This document shows positions 1 to 11,661 of a stretch of 64,000 nucleotides of DNA, piece after piece. This stretch comes from Candidatus Omnitrophota bacterium. Lineage in GTDB: Bacteria > Omnitrophota > Gorgyraeia > Duberdicusellales > 4484-171. The notes under the pieces were generated by a model. It was not told the origin of the DNA. It made no database searches and saw nothing but the letters and a program-made list of their open reading frames with translations. The DNA lies in the NCBI GenBank assembly GCA_043823745.1, contig JBDRAN010000006.1, positions 104,176-168,175 of the forward strand. The letters run 5' to 3'. Each line of letters opens with the position of its first letter. The first letter of the stretch is position 1. A program made the translations under genes and the position numbers.

Positions 1-303
1 ATGGATATGCTTAAAAACAAAAATGTCTTGGTCACCGGGGGGGGCCGGCTTTATCGGGTCGCATATCGTCGATGAGCTGGTAGCCTGCGGTGCGCCTTGC
101 TCTGTCAACGGCCTCCTTGAGGAATTAAAAAAATCTCCGGCTGCCCCACGGTTGAGGCAGAATATCGGCCTCCGCGGCCCGGCGATGTTCGTAAAACCCA
201 TGCTGATATTACAAAAATGACTACGCTGCTTAAATGTGCGCCGCAGGTTGATTTTTTAGCGGGCCTTGAAAGAACGGTCGCGTGGTTTAAGGAGCAACGC
301 TAG
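1..303 (+). pseudogene. Internally deleted, frameshifted NAD-dependent epimerase/dehydratase (SDR) remnant
   Basis: N-terminus MDMLKNKNVLVTGG/AGFIGSHIVDELV (shift in G8 at 37-44) joins directly to an SDR C-terminus SVNGLLEELKK/ISG..RPGDVRKTHADITK..GLERTVAWF* (shift in A7 at 127-133). The catalytic middle is missing. Confidence 0.8.
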
Positions 304-307
304 CACC

Positions 308-1258
308 ATGAATATTCTTATTACCGGCGGCGCCGGTTTTATCGGGTCGCATCTGTGTAAAATGTTTCTTGCACGCAACCATAAAGTTATGTGCGTTGAT
401 AATTTTATTACGGGCTCGCGAGCGAATATTGAACCGCTTCTCTCGGATGCTCGCTTTGTGCTTCTTGAACACGACATCTCGGTACCTCTCTTTATCGATG
501 AACCGATTGACTGGGTGCTCCATTTTGCTTCGATTGCGTCCCCCAATGATTATCTGAGCGAGCCGATCAAGACGCTCAAGTCGGGCCTCTTGGGTACGCA
601 TAATTGCCTCGGGATTGCCAAAGCAAAAAAAGCAAAATTTTTTCTTGCTTCAACCAGCGAAATTTACGGCGACCCCCTTATCCACCCGCAACGAGAAGAA
701 TATTGGGGTAACGTTAATTCGATCGGTGTCCGTAGCTGCTATGATGAAAGTAAGCGCGGGGCGGAAGCGTTGACCTACGCGTATCATCGACAACATAATC
801 TACGGATACGTGTTATACGCATTTTTAATACGTACGGTCCTCATATGCAAATCGACGACGGCCGCGTTGTTTCCAATTTCATCGTTCAGGCGCTGCGCGG
901 CAAGGATATCACCATCTACGGTAAAGGAACGCAAACCAGATCATTTTGTTATATTGATGACCTCACCAGGGCTATTGCAAAGCTCATGAATACCGGATAC
1001 GAACTCCCCGTTAATATCGGGAATTCCACAGAGTTTACGATCACACGACTTGCGCATCTGGTGTTACGCTTGACTCATTCCAAGGCGCGCGTCCGACACC
1101 TAGCGCTTCCGGAGGATGACCCCAAACGGAGAAAACCCGACATAACCAAAGCAAAAAAAATTCTGGGCTGGAAACCGATTGTAACGCTTGAGGCGGGGCT
1201 CTTAAAAACTATTGCCTACTTTGAAAAAAAACTTCACGAGAAAGGATCGCCCTCATGA
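308..1258 (+). CDS. UDP-glucuronate decarboxylase-like NAD-dependent epimerase (SDR)
   Basis: ITGGAGFIGSH, ASTSEIYGDP, YDESKR, RIFNTYGP, DDPKRRKPDI; ATG at 308. Confidence 0.9.
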   Translation: MNILITGGAGFIGSHLCKMFLARNHKVMCVDNFITGSRANIEPLLSDARFVLLEHDISVPLFIDEPIDWVLHFASIASPNDYLSEPIKTLKSGLLGTHNCLGIAKAKKAKFFLASTSEIYGDPLIHPQREEYWGNVNSIGVRSCYDESKRGAEALTYAYHRQHNLRIRVIRIFNTYGPHMQIDDGRVVSNFIVQALRGKDITIYGKGTQTRSFCYIDDLTRAIAKLMNTGYELPVNIGNSTEFTITRLAHLVLRLTHSKARVRHLALPEDDPKRRKPDITKAKKILGWKPIVTLEAGLLKTIAYFEKKLHEKGSPS

Positions 1259-2406
1259 CACCGACCATCGCCATACCACAACTGGACCTGCAACGGGAAT
1301 ATGCTTTCTTTAAGAAAGATATCAATGCTGCGATTGTTTCGTGCGCACGCTCGCAACGCTGGATACTCGGCGAACACGTAAAAGCCTTTGAAGAGGCCCT
1401 GGCGCGCTATCTTGGTGTGCGCCACGCGGTCGGGGTTGCCTCGGGCACCGACGCATTACTCATTGCCCTGCGCGCCGCGGCAATGCTCACCAAGAACCGG
1501 GAAGGGTTTTTTGAAAAAAGGGATGAGGTTATCACGACCGCCTTTACCTTTCTGGCGACCGGGGAAACCATTATCCGGGCCGGAGCAACACCGGTATTTG
1601 TCGATATCGAACCCGACACATTTACGATTTCCCCTAAAGCCATACAACGCGCAATTACCAAAAACACCCGCGCCATTATCCCCGTACACCTTTATGGCCG
1701 GCCGTGCGACATGAGCGCGATCATGAATATTGCGCGCACCCATACCTTAAACGTTATTGAAGATGCGGCGCAAGCCTGCGGCGCTACGTACCGGGGTTCT
1801 TTCGTGGGCTCCCTGGGAACCATGGGGGCGTTTAGTTTCTTTCCTTCCAAAAACCTCGGCGGCTGGGGTGACGGGGGCATGCTCACGACCAACGACGACA
1901 AAATAGCCCATTTCGCCCGCTGTCTACGTAACCACGGCCAACGCGCGCATTACGACGCTTCCTATCTTGGTTACAATTCGCGTCTCGACAGCCTGCAGGC
2001 AGCGGTGCTTCATGCAAAACTACCACACTTAAGCGAACTTACGCGCCGAAGGGTGACGATTGCTCACGCGTATAGCGCTGCCTTGGCTGATATCAAGAAA
2101 ATCAGCCTGCCGGTGACACCAAAACCAGTTGGGCATGCCTACAATCTTTATGTTATGAGGGTACCGGATTCCTTACGAAACGCGTTGCTCCAGCACCTCT
2201 GTTCCCGGGGGGTTGAATCGCGCGTGTACTACCCGCTTGCCCTCAATACGATGGCCGCTTTCAAAGAGGCGCGGCTTAGCGGAACGCTTGAACACACTAA
2301 GGCTGCGTGCCAGTCTGTTTTAACCTTACCATTGCACCCTTTTTTAAAAAAATCAGAGATTGCGTTTGTTGTTAAAACGGTGCGTAGTTTTTTTAAAAAA
2401 GTATAG
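1255..2406 (+). CDS. DegT/DnrJ/EryC1/StrS PLP-dependent sugar aminotransferase
   Basis: SGTDAL, VHLYG, IEDAAQA, FSFFPSKNLG, GYNSRLD. Confidence 0.93.
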   Translation: MTPTIAIPQLDLQREYAFFKKDINAAIVSCARSQRWILGEHVKAFEEALARYLGVRHAVGVASGTDALLIALRAAAMLTKNREGFFEKRDEVITTAFTFLATGETIIRAGATPVFVDIEPDTFTISPKAIQRAITKNTRAIIPVHLYGRPCDMSAIMNIARTHTLNVIEDAAQACGATYRGSFVGSLGTMGAFSFFPSKNLGGWGDGGMLTTNDDKIAHFARCLRNHGQRAHYDASYLGYNSRLDSLQAAVLHAKLPHLSELTRRRVTIAHAYSAALADIKKISLPVTPKPVGHAYNLYVMRVPDSLRNALLQHLCSRGVESRVYYPLALNTMAAFKEARLSGTLEHTKAACQSVLTLPLHPFLKKSEIAFVVKTVRSFFKKV

Positions 2407-2454
2407 TTATATTTTCGTAAGTGTTTGTGTAACAGTTTGTTAAGAAAAATTTAG

Positions 2455-2534
2455 TTTGCCACAAAAGAGGGCGCTGTGGTATAATTCTTCTTGGAAAAAG
2501 CCCCCTGTGCATATCCTGTGGATTTTGTGAATTC
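2455..2534 (+). promoter_or_regulatory. dnaA promoter with overlapping degenerate DnaA boxes
   Basis: TTGCCA(2456)-18 bp-TATAAT(2480) with extended TG. Box-like TTTGCCACA 2455, TGTGCATAT 2506, TGTGGATTT 2517, TGTGAATTC 2526. Confidence 0.6.
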
Positions 2535-2535
2535 A

Positions 2536-3867
2536 ATGGAAAAGACCTGGCAAAATTGCAAAGAAACATTAAAGAAAACCCTGGGGGAAACCTCTTTCGA
2601 CACCTGGATCGCCCCATTGAATTTTAAGAAATTCGAGGGTCGCGCCATAGTCCTTGAGGCGCCGGACGCATTCTTCAAAAACTGGATCGAAACCAACTAT
2701 CTTACCCACATACGAGCAGCCTTGACCAGCGTGTCGCAGCAAGACGTAGAAATTATCTTTGAGGTTAACCCCAGGCTTCTCGAACGCGCCACCAATAAAA
2801 TCTTTAAAACAATTGAAAAAAATTTCCAGGAGGAACCGCAAGATTCTTTGCGTTTAAACGCCCGTTTCTCTTTTGACGCCTTTATTGTCGGGGCTTCCAA
2901 CCGCATGGCGCATGCGGCGGCCCTAGCGGTTTCGGGCTCGCCGGGCAAGGCGTATAACCCTTTGTTTCTTTACGGCGGAACGGGCCTGGGTAAAACCCAC
3001 CTTATGCAAGCGGTTGCTCACCAGATATTGTCTCAAAATCCCCAAGCGAAAGTGAAATATATCTCATCGGAAAAATTTACCAATGAGCTTATGCATTCCA
3101 TACAAAACAAGGCGACGGAGCGGTTTCGCCAGAGATATCGAAACACGGATATACTGCTGGTTGACGATATCCAGTTTTTAGCGGGAAAGGAGGCGACACA
3201 GGAAGAATTTTTTCACACCTTTAATGTTCTTTATGACTACCACAAACAAATCGTTATTTCTTCCGACCGGCCACCCAAAGAAATACGAAAATTGGAAGAA
3301 CGTCTTGTTTCTCGCTTCAGCTGGGGATTGATCGTAGACATCCAGCCACCCGACTTTGAAACGCGGGTTGCGATTCTTCACAAAAAACTCGAAAAAGACC
3401 CCATCAAGATTGATGATGATGTGATTACGTTTATCGCGAAAAACATTTCGACGAACATCCGGGAGCTCGAGGGGGCGCTGGTGCGCATTATCGCCTATTC
3501 GGCGATTGAAAATAAACCCATTTCGCTTGCCTTAGTTAAAGAGATCTTGAAAGATATGGTGAAAGAGGTTTTTAAGCGTATTACTCCGGATATCATTTTA
3601 GAGAAAGTGGGTGGTTATTTTGGGCTCTCAAAAGAAGAGCTCAAAAAAGGAAAGCGCAACAAAAACCTGGTGTTACCGCGGCAGGTGGCGATGTACCTCA
3701 TTCGAGAGCTTACCGAGCTTTCTTTTCCCGAAATCGGCGTTTTTTTTGGAGCCAAACACCACACCACCATTCTCTACGCACACAAAAAAGTAACCGAAAA
3801 CCTCCCGAAGGACGAAAAACTTAAATTAATTGTGCACAGTCTTGCACAGGAAATTAAGAACCTATAA
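2536..3867 (+). CDS. dnaA: Chromosomal replication initiator DnaA
   Basis: [47 protein letters not shown]; likely ATG 2536. Confidence 0.98.
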   Translation: MEKTWQNCKETLKKTLGETSFDTWIAPLNFKKFEGRAIVLEAPDAFFKNWIETNYLTHIRAALTSVSQQDVEIIFEVNPRLLERATNKIFKTIEKNFQEEPQDSLRLNARFSFDAFIVGASNRMAHAAALAVSGSPGKAYNPLFLYGGTGLGKTHLMQAVAHQILSQNPQAKVKYISSEKFTNELMHSIQNKATERFRQRYRNTDILLVDDIQFLAGKEATQEEFFHTFNVLYDYHKQIVISSDRPPKEIRKLEERLVSRFSWGLIVDIQPPDFETRVAILHKKLEKDPIKIDDDVITFIAKNISTNIRELEGALVRIIAYSAIENKPISLALVKEILKDMVKEVFKRITPDIILEKVGGYFGLSKEELKKGKRNKNLVLPRQVAMYLIRELTELSFPEIGVFFGAKHHTTILYAHKKVTENLPKDEKLKLIVHSLAQEIKNL

Positions 3868-3995
3868 AGGTTTTTTGTGAATAAAAAACTGGTTTTTCTC
3901 TTGTTTTTTGGTACAATTATACATCTCAACAGATTCCACAACCTTTACTATTACTACTACTATGAAATTTATAATTAATAAAGAAGTATTATTAA
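3868..3995. other. oriC: oriC unwinding region (DnaA boxes, DnaA-trios, AT-rich tract)
   Basis: Consensus box TGTGAATAA 3876-3884; box-like GATTCCACA 3932-3940 followed by TACTATTACTACTACTA 3946-3962; AT-rich run continues into dnaN. Confidence 0.85.
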
Positions 3996-5059
3996 AAGAA
4001 TTGGAAAACCTCTTAGGCCCAGCGACCACAAAACAAAACCTTCCTGTTCTCAGCAGTATTTTAATCCAGGTTTCAGACAAAAAAATAAAACTCACCACCA
4101 CAGATTTAGATATAACCATTATATCGTTTTGTGAAACCACCGTTACCGAGCCAGGAGCCGTAGCGGTTCCTATGAAGCGGTTTCTTTCAATTATTCGGGA
4201 ACTTCCTTTCGGTCAACTAACTGTGGAAACCACCAAGAACAACCTCTTAATAAGGTGTGAAAAAATCGAATTCAAAATCAATACGCTGGATACCGCCGAA
4301 TTTCCAAAAATCGAGGAGACAAAAAAAGCCTCATTTATTAAAATTAACCCGCTCGACTTACGGGATATGATTCAAATGACATCTTTTTGTGTGGGGTATG
4401 AAGATGTAAATTACGTTTTAAACGGAATCCTCTTCGAAATCTTCGAGGACGAGATCCGCCTTGTCGCAACCGACGGGAAACGGCTCGCGTATAGCAAACG
4501 AAAACTATCAAAAACCCAACCCGACATAAAAACAAAAATCTCGTTCATTCTACCCATAAAAGCCATCAATGAGCTTTTTAAACTCATTAAAGATCTAAAC
4601 GACGATATACTTTTATTTACCGAGGACAATAAGGTGGGATTTGACTTTAAAGATACACAGTTTGTTGCCAGGCCCATTGAAGGGGAATTCCCCGCCTATG
4701 AGCAGTATATACCGAAAGAAAATAAGGAAAAACTAGTGGTAAACCGGCAGCAATTTATGCTTGCGTTACGCCGGGCAGACCTTTTGTCAACCCAGGATTA
4801 TCAAGGGGTTCGCCTTGAGCTTAAAAAGGACGAGATCGTGGTTTCCAAGAACACCCCACAACTTGGCGAAGTACGCGAGGTTATTGAAGCACGCTACGCC
4901 GGGGGGCCCCTACAAATCGGGTTTAACCCCCACTACATGATCGATATGCTGAAAAACCTGGAAGACGCGGAAGCGTGCTTTGAATTTTTCGGAACAGAAA
5001 AGCCGGCAATTTTGCGAAAAGAAGACTACGTATACCTCGTGCTTCCTTTGCGCATATAG
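3962..5059 (+). CDS. dnaN: DNA polymerase III beta sliding clamp
   Basis: TTTDLD, VATDGKRLA, IEGEFPAY, IGFNPHY; position after dnaA. Confidence 0.97.
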   Translation: MKFIINKEVLLKELENLLGPATTKQNLPVLSSILIQVSDKKIKLTTTDLDITIISFCETTVTEPGAVAVPMKRFLSIIRELPFGQLTVETTKNNLLIRCEKIEFKINTLDTAEFPKIEETKKASFIKINPLDLRDMIQMTSFCVGYEDVNYVLNGILFEIFEDEIRLVATDGKRLAYSKRKLSKTQPDIKTKISFILPIKAINELFKLIKDLNDDILLFTEDNKVGFDFKDTQFVARPIEGEFPAYEQYIPKENKEKLVVNRQQFMLALRRADLLSTQDYQGVRLELKKDEIVVSKNTPQLGEVREVIEARYAGGPLQIGFNPHYMIDMLKNLEDAEACFEFFGTEKPAILRKEDYVYLVLPLRI

Positions 5060-5065
5060 CTTCAT

Positions 5066-7761
<2,696 letters not shown>

Positions 7762-7769
7762 CGAGAGCC

Positions 7770-10214
7770 ATGCAAGACCAAGGTTTTAAAGAAAATATTA
7801 TCACCAAGTATATTGAAGAAGAGGTAAAAGAGTCCTATCTCTCTTATGCGATGAGCGTTATTATGGGCCGCGCTCTTCCGGATATCCGGGATGGTTTAAA
7901 GCCGGTTCAGCGCAGGATTATGTACGCCATGGACGACTTGAGTTTGCGCCATACCAGCCCCCATAAAAAATGCGCGCGCATCGTCGGTGAGACGCTGGGT
8001 AAGTATCACCCGCATGGTGATATCGCGGTCTACGACGCGCTGGTGCGCATGGCGCAGAGTTTTTCTCTCCGGTATCCTTTAATCGACGGCCAGGGCAACT
8101 TTGGTTCTATCGACGGCGATCCTCCGGCGGCAATGAGGTATTCCGAAGCGCGGCTTTCAGCGGTTGCCGATTTTCTTCTGGAAGATCTCGATAAAAATAC
8201 CGTTAATTTCTTCCCCAATTTCGATAATTCATTACGCGAGCCGGAAGTACTTCCCTCGGTGCTGCCCACGCTTCTGGCTAACGGCGCAAGCGGCATCGCT
8301 GTCGGCATGGCGACAAACATCCCACCCCATAATTTATGCGAGGTTTGCGACGCGATCGACTACTTGATCGATAATCCCAAGGCAGACATTAAAGAGTTGC
8401 ATCGTTTTGTTAAAGGCCCTGATTTTCCGACCGGTGGCATCATTTGCGGCAAAGAAGTTATCATCGGCATGTATAAAGAGGGCAGGGGAAAGCTTACGTT
8501 GCGCGCGAAAGCAGCCATTGAGCATGAAAAGGGACGCTCTCAAATCGTGGTTACCGAAATCCCGTACCAGCTCAACAAAAGCAATCTTCTTGAGGCGATC
8601 GCCGAGCTTATTAACAGCAAAAAAATCGAAGGCGTTTCCGACCTACGCGATGAATCTAATAAGGAAGGCATTCGCATACTCCTTGAGCTCAAGCGCGACG
8701 CGCAGCCGGAGATCATTTTAAACCAGCTTTATAAGCACACCAACTTAGAGACAACCTTTGGCGCGATATTCCTGGCTATCGTCAATCGCCGACCGGAGAT
8801 CCTTACGTTAAAAGAAATGCTCGTCTATCACATTAATTTCCGCAAGGAAGTTATTGTGCGTAGGTCAAAGTTCGAATTAGACAAGGCTCAGAGACGCGCG
8901 CATATCCTGGAAGGCTTAAAGATCGCGCTTAAGTTTCTGGATCAAGTGGTTGAGATTATCAAGAAATCAAAGAACCCGCTGGAGGCCAAAGAAGGCCTGA
9001 TGAAGAAGTTTAAGTTAAGCGAGCTTCAGGCGCAGGCTATCCTTGAGATGCAGCTGGTACGGCTCTGCGCCCTTGAGCGGGAAAAGATAGACGCGGAATA
9101 CCTGGAGCTTATCAAAAAGATCGAATATTATAATCTTGTTTTAGCGTCAGAGAAAAAGCAGGAAGAGTTGATTAAGGGTGAGTTGAAACTGCTGAAAGAA
9201 AAATTTCCCGAAGGAAGGCGGACAGAGATCGTAACGCAAAAAGAAGAGATCGAGATCGAGGACCTTATCGTGGAAGAAGATATGGTAATTGCCGTGACAG
9301 GCTCCGGCTATATTAAGCGTCAGCCGCTTACCAGTTACCGTCAGCAGAAGCGCGGCGGCAGAGGGATCACCGCGATGACGACGTCCGAAGAAGATTTCGT
9401 AGAGCAGCTCTTTGTCGCCTCCAGCAAAGACACGCTGCTCATTTTTACCGACGAAGGTAAAACGTATCCCTTAAAAACGTATGAAGTGCCCTTGGGCACC
9501 CGTGTTTCAAAGGGAAGAGCCGTTATCAACGTGCTCAATCTTACCACTCAAGAACGAATGACTACCGTGTTTTCCATAGGGGAATTTGACGCCAACAAGT
9601 TTATTTTTATGGTAACACAAAAAGGGGTCATTAAGCGCACATCGCTGGATCTTTTCTCCAATATGAGAAAATCGGGCATCTGCGCGATAACCCTCGAAAA
9701 AGGAGATAGCCTTGTGGGCGCCGGTATTTGTGAAGAAAAAGATGAGGCCGTGCTCGCCACCAGGCGAGGCCTTTCGATACGGTTCGCCATAAAAGATGTG
9801 CGGCCCACCGGCAGACAGTCTCAAGGTGTTCGTGGAATAAGGCTCCTAAAGGGTGACCTCGTTCTTGGAATGGTGCTGATCCAGGGGTCACTTAAAAAGG
9901 AAGGGTCATATCTTTTAACCGCTACCGAATGCGGGTTTGGCAAGCGCACGATGATCGATGAATACCGTCTGCAATCACGCGGCGGCAAAGGAATTATTAA
10001 TATTAAGCTTTCCCCTAAGATCGGTGAAGTCAAAAAACTTATCTTGGTGAAGGAAGAAGACGAGCTGATGTGTATTACTCAAAAAGGTATTTTGATACGC
10101 ACGAAGGTTAAGGATATTCGTACCTCTGGCCGCTCTACACAGGGTGTGCACCTGATCAATCTAGAGGAAAACGATAAACTTTCTTCCATTGCCCGCATTA
10201 TTCCCGAAGAATAG
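7770..10214 (+). CDS. gyrA: DNA gyrase subunit A
   Basis: [23 protein letters not shown], GyrA-box QKRGGRG. Confidence 0.98.
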   Translation: MQDQGFKENIITKYIEEEVKESYLSYAMSVIMGRALPDIRDGLKPVQRRIMYAMDDLSLRHTSPHKKCARIVGETLGKYHPHGDIAVYDALVRMAQSFSLRYPLIDGQGNFGSIDGDPPAAMRYSEARLSAVADFLLEDLDKNTVNFFPNFDNSLREPEVLPSVLPTLLANGASGIAVGMATNIPPHNLCEVCDAIDYLIDNPKADIKELHRFVKGPDFPTGGIICGKEVIIGMYKEGRGKLTLRAKAAIEHEKGRSQIVVTEIPYQLNKSNLLEAIAELINSKKIEGVSDLRDESNKEGIRILLELKRDAQPEIILNQLYKHTNLETTFGAIFLAIVNRRPEILTLKEMLVYHINFRKEVIVRRSKFELDKAQRRAHILEGLKIALKFLDQVVEIIKKSKNPLEAKEGLMKKFKLSELQAQAILEMQLVRLCALEREKIDAEYLELIKKIEYYNLVLASEKKQEELIKGELKLLKEKFPEGRRTEIVTQKEEIEIEDLIVEEDMVIAVTGSGYIKRQPLTSYRQQKRGGRGITAMTTSEEDFVEQLFVASSKDTLLIFTDEGKTYPLKTYEVPLGTRVSKGRAVINVLNLTTQERMTTVFSIGEFDANKFIFMVTQKGVIKRTSLDLFSNMRKSGICAITLEKGDSLVGAGICEEKDEAVLATRRGLSIRFAIKDVRPTGRQSQGVRGIRLLKGDLVLGMVLIQGSLKKEGSYLLTATECGFGKRTMIDEYRLQSRGGKGIINIKLSPKIGEVKKLILVKEEDELMCITQKGILIRTKVKDIRTSGRSTQGVHLINLEENDKLSSIARIIPEE

Positions 10215-10230
10215 CCGTCCATGTGGCGTA

Positions 10231-10258
10231 TTGACAAAACGGGATTTCGCTTTACAAT
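10231..10258 (+). promoter_or_regulatory. sigma70-type promoter for tRNA-Glu
   Basis: TTGACA-16 bp-TACAAT. Confidence 0.75.
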
Positions 10259-10297
10259 AAGCCTCTACTTAGAGCCTGTTCTTTCATTTTTGTGTGC

Positions 10298-10372
10298 GTC
10301 CCCATCGTCTAGCTTGGTTCAGGACATCGCCCTTTCACGGCGACGGCGCCGGTTCAAATCCGGCTGGGGACG
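10298..10372 (+). tRNA. tRNA-Glu(TTC), CCA not encoded
   Basis: Acceptor GTCCCCA/TGGGGAC; anticodon arm TCGCC-CT TTC AC-GGCGA; T arm GCCGG-TTCAAAT-CCGGC. Confidence 0.95.
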
Positions 10373-10456
10373 TTTAATTTGTAAAGTTTTCATAGTAACG
10401 CAACGGTGTCGGTTTATCGCCGCTGAATTTTGGGTTATAGGAAAAGGAGGGAACGC

Positions 10457-10957
10457 ATGAAAAAAATAGTGATTATGCTTTGGCTATTTTTTATTCTGGC
10501 GGGTACGGGCTTTTGCGAAAACCAAAAGACTTTTTTAGGAACATCTCCTTATTTCAATTATACGATAGAGTACCCTCAAAATTGGCAGGCTACCGATATG
10601 TATGGATTTGCTGTAATTGCAGCCCCCGAACAGAATAAAGAAAAAGTTCTTGTTACCGTGGCTGATTTGAGTAAGAAGCCGATGAGTTTAGAAGAATTTG
10701 CTAATGTTTGGCTTAAAATAACTTCCTTAGAAATGCAAAACTTTCAAATTATAGATAAAGGCGAAACTACCATTGGAGATAAAAAAGCTTTATTTTATAT
10801 TTATACCGGGGAAAAAGAAGGCATAAAGTTGAAATGCAAAAGATATACTTTTTCAGAAAAAACAAACATTTATGAGTTAACCTATGAAGCAAGAGACGAG
10901 CACTTTGATAAATATTTCAATGATGCTGAGAATATAATAAAATCCATAAAGTATTGA
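10457..10957 (+). CDS. Secreted PsbP/DcrB-like protein, probable degenerate gene cassette
   Basis: RBS AAGGAGG; signal peptide; YTIEYPQNW and YELTYEA..F..Y...AENIIKS patterns; AT-rich codons. Confidence 0.7.
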   Translation: MKKIVIMLWLFFILAGTGFCENQKTFLGTSPYFNYTIEYPQNWQATDMYGFAVIAAPEQNKEKVLVTVADLSKKPMSLEEFANVWLKITSLEMQNFQIIDKGETTIGDKKALFYIYTGEKEGIKLKCKRYTFSEKTNIYELTYEARDEHFDKYFNDAENIIKSIKY

Positions 10958-11077
10958 ATAAAGCATTCTATCAAGGCAATCCAGCCGACTTTCTTTTCAA
11001 TGGCTGGGGAACAGTGGCTAAGGCAGATTATGAATCCTTGTCGGTTCTCCCGATGTCGCCTCGCTCATCGGGATTAA

Positions 11078-11158
11078 TTCTCCTCATTTTGCACCCGATA
11101 TGTTTCTCTCGCAATTTCTCGAAATTGCGAAAATAATCAATTGAGGCAAAATGAGGAT
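11078..11158 (-). repeat. Palindromic dispersed repeat, copy 1
   Basis: Reverse complement aligns with 40548-40626; core TCGCAATTTC-TC-GAAATTGCGA. Confidence 0.85.
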
Positions 11159-11226
11159 CATTAAAAATCCGGCTGGGAACGTTTATTGTATGCAGCTATC
11201 GACAACGACAAACCTTATGTAACCGC

Positions 11227-11661
11227 ATGGATCCCGAAAAAAAACCGATTGGCGTAGTTATCTTTGGAGGACTCAACTGTTTTTTCTTAGGCTTTTTTCT
11301 TTTGCTTATTTTTTTAGTCACCTACTTCACGACGAAACCAAGTGATCTTGCCGGTGCGCTTGCGTTGTTTGAGAAAAAAGGTATCGCTGTCTCGCTCACC
11401 TGGCAGCAATTTAAGGTCATGAACCTTATCTATATCGCGCTGGCGTTTTTTTTTATCGTCAGCGGGTGGGGGCTGTTAACTAAAAAACAATGGGCGCGCA
11501 AAGCGACAGTGTATTTTTCTTTTGCCTGGCTTTTTTTGGCTGTCTTTACGGTAGTGCTTAACCCATCGTTTATTGGCCAGATCGCCCCGTACGCAGCGTA
11601 TCCGGGGTTTCTGGCGATATATTTTACGAGCAAGAAGATAGAAAAGCATTTCGGAGGTTAG
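11227..11661 (+). CDS. Hypothetical membrane protein (about 4 TM)
   Basis: Hydrophobic segments, GLLTKKQWAR; abuts glmS. Confidence 0.75.
   Translation: MDPEKKPIGVVIFGGLNCFFLGFFLLLIFLVTYFTTKPSDLAGALALFEKKGIAVSLTWQQFKVMNLIYIALAFFFIVSGWGLLTKKQWARKATVYFSFAWLFLAVFTVVLNPSFIGQIAPYAAYPGFLAIYFTSKKIEKHFGG

Larger units (their letters stand above)
10356..11185. mobile_element. Small islet at tRNA-Glu 3' end bounded by att-like direct repeats
   Basis: AAATCCGGCTGGGGACGTTTA (10356-10376) recurs as AAATCCGGCTGGGAACGTTTA (11165-11185), 20/21 identical; AT-rich cargo; no integrase. Confidence 0.75.

Noticed and set aside
10221-10460. 79-aa ORF
   Set aside because: Overlaps the promoter and tRNA-Glu.
10954-11136. 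60-aa ORF in the islet
   Set aside because: Reads through att-like and hairpin repeat DNA; no RBS.
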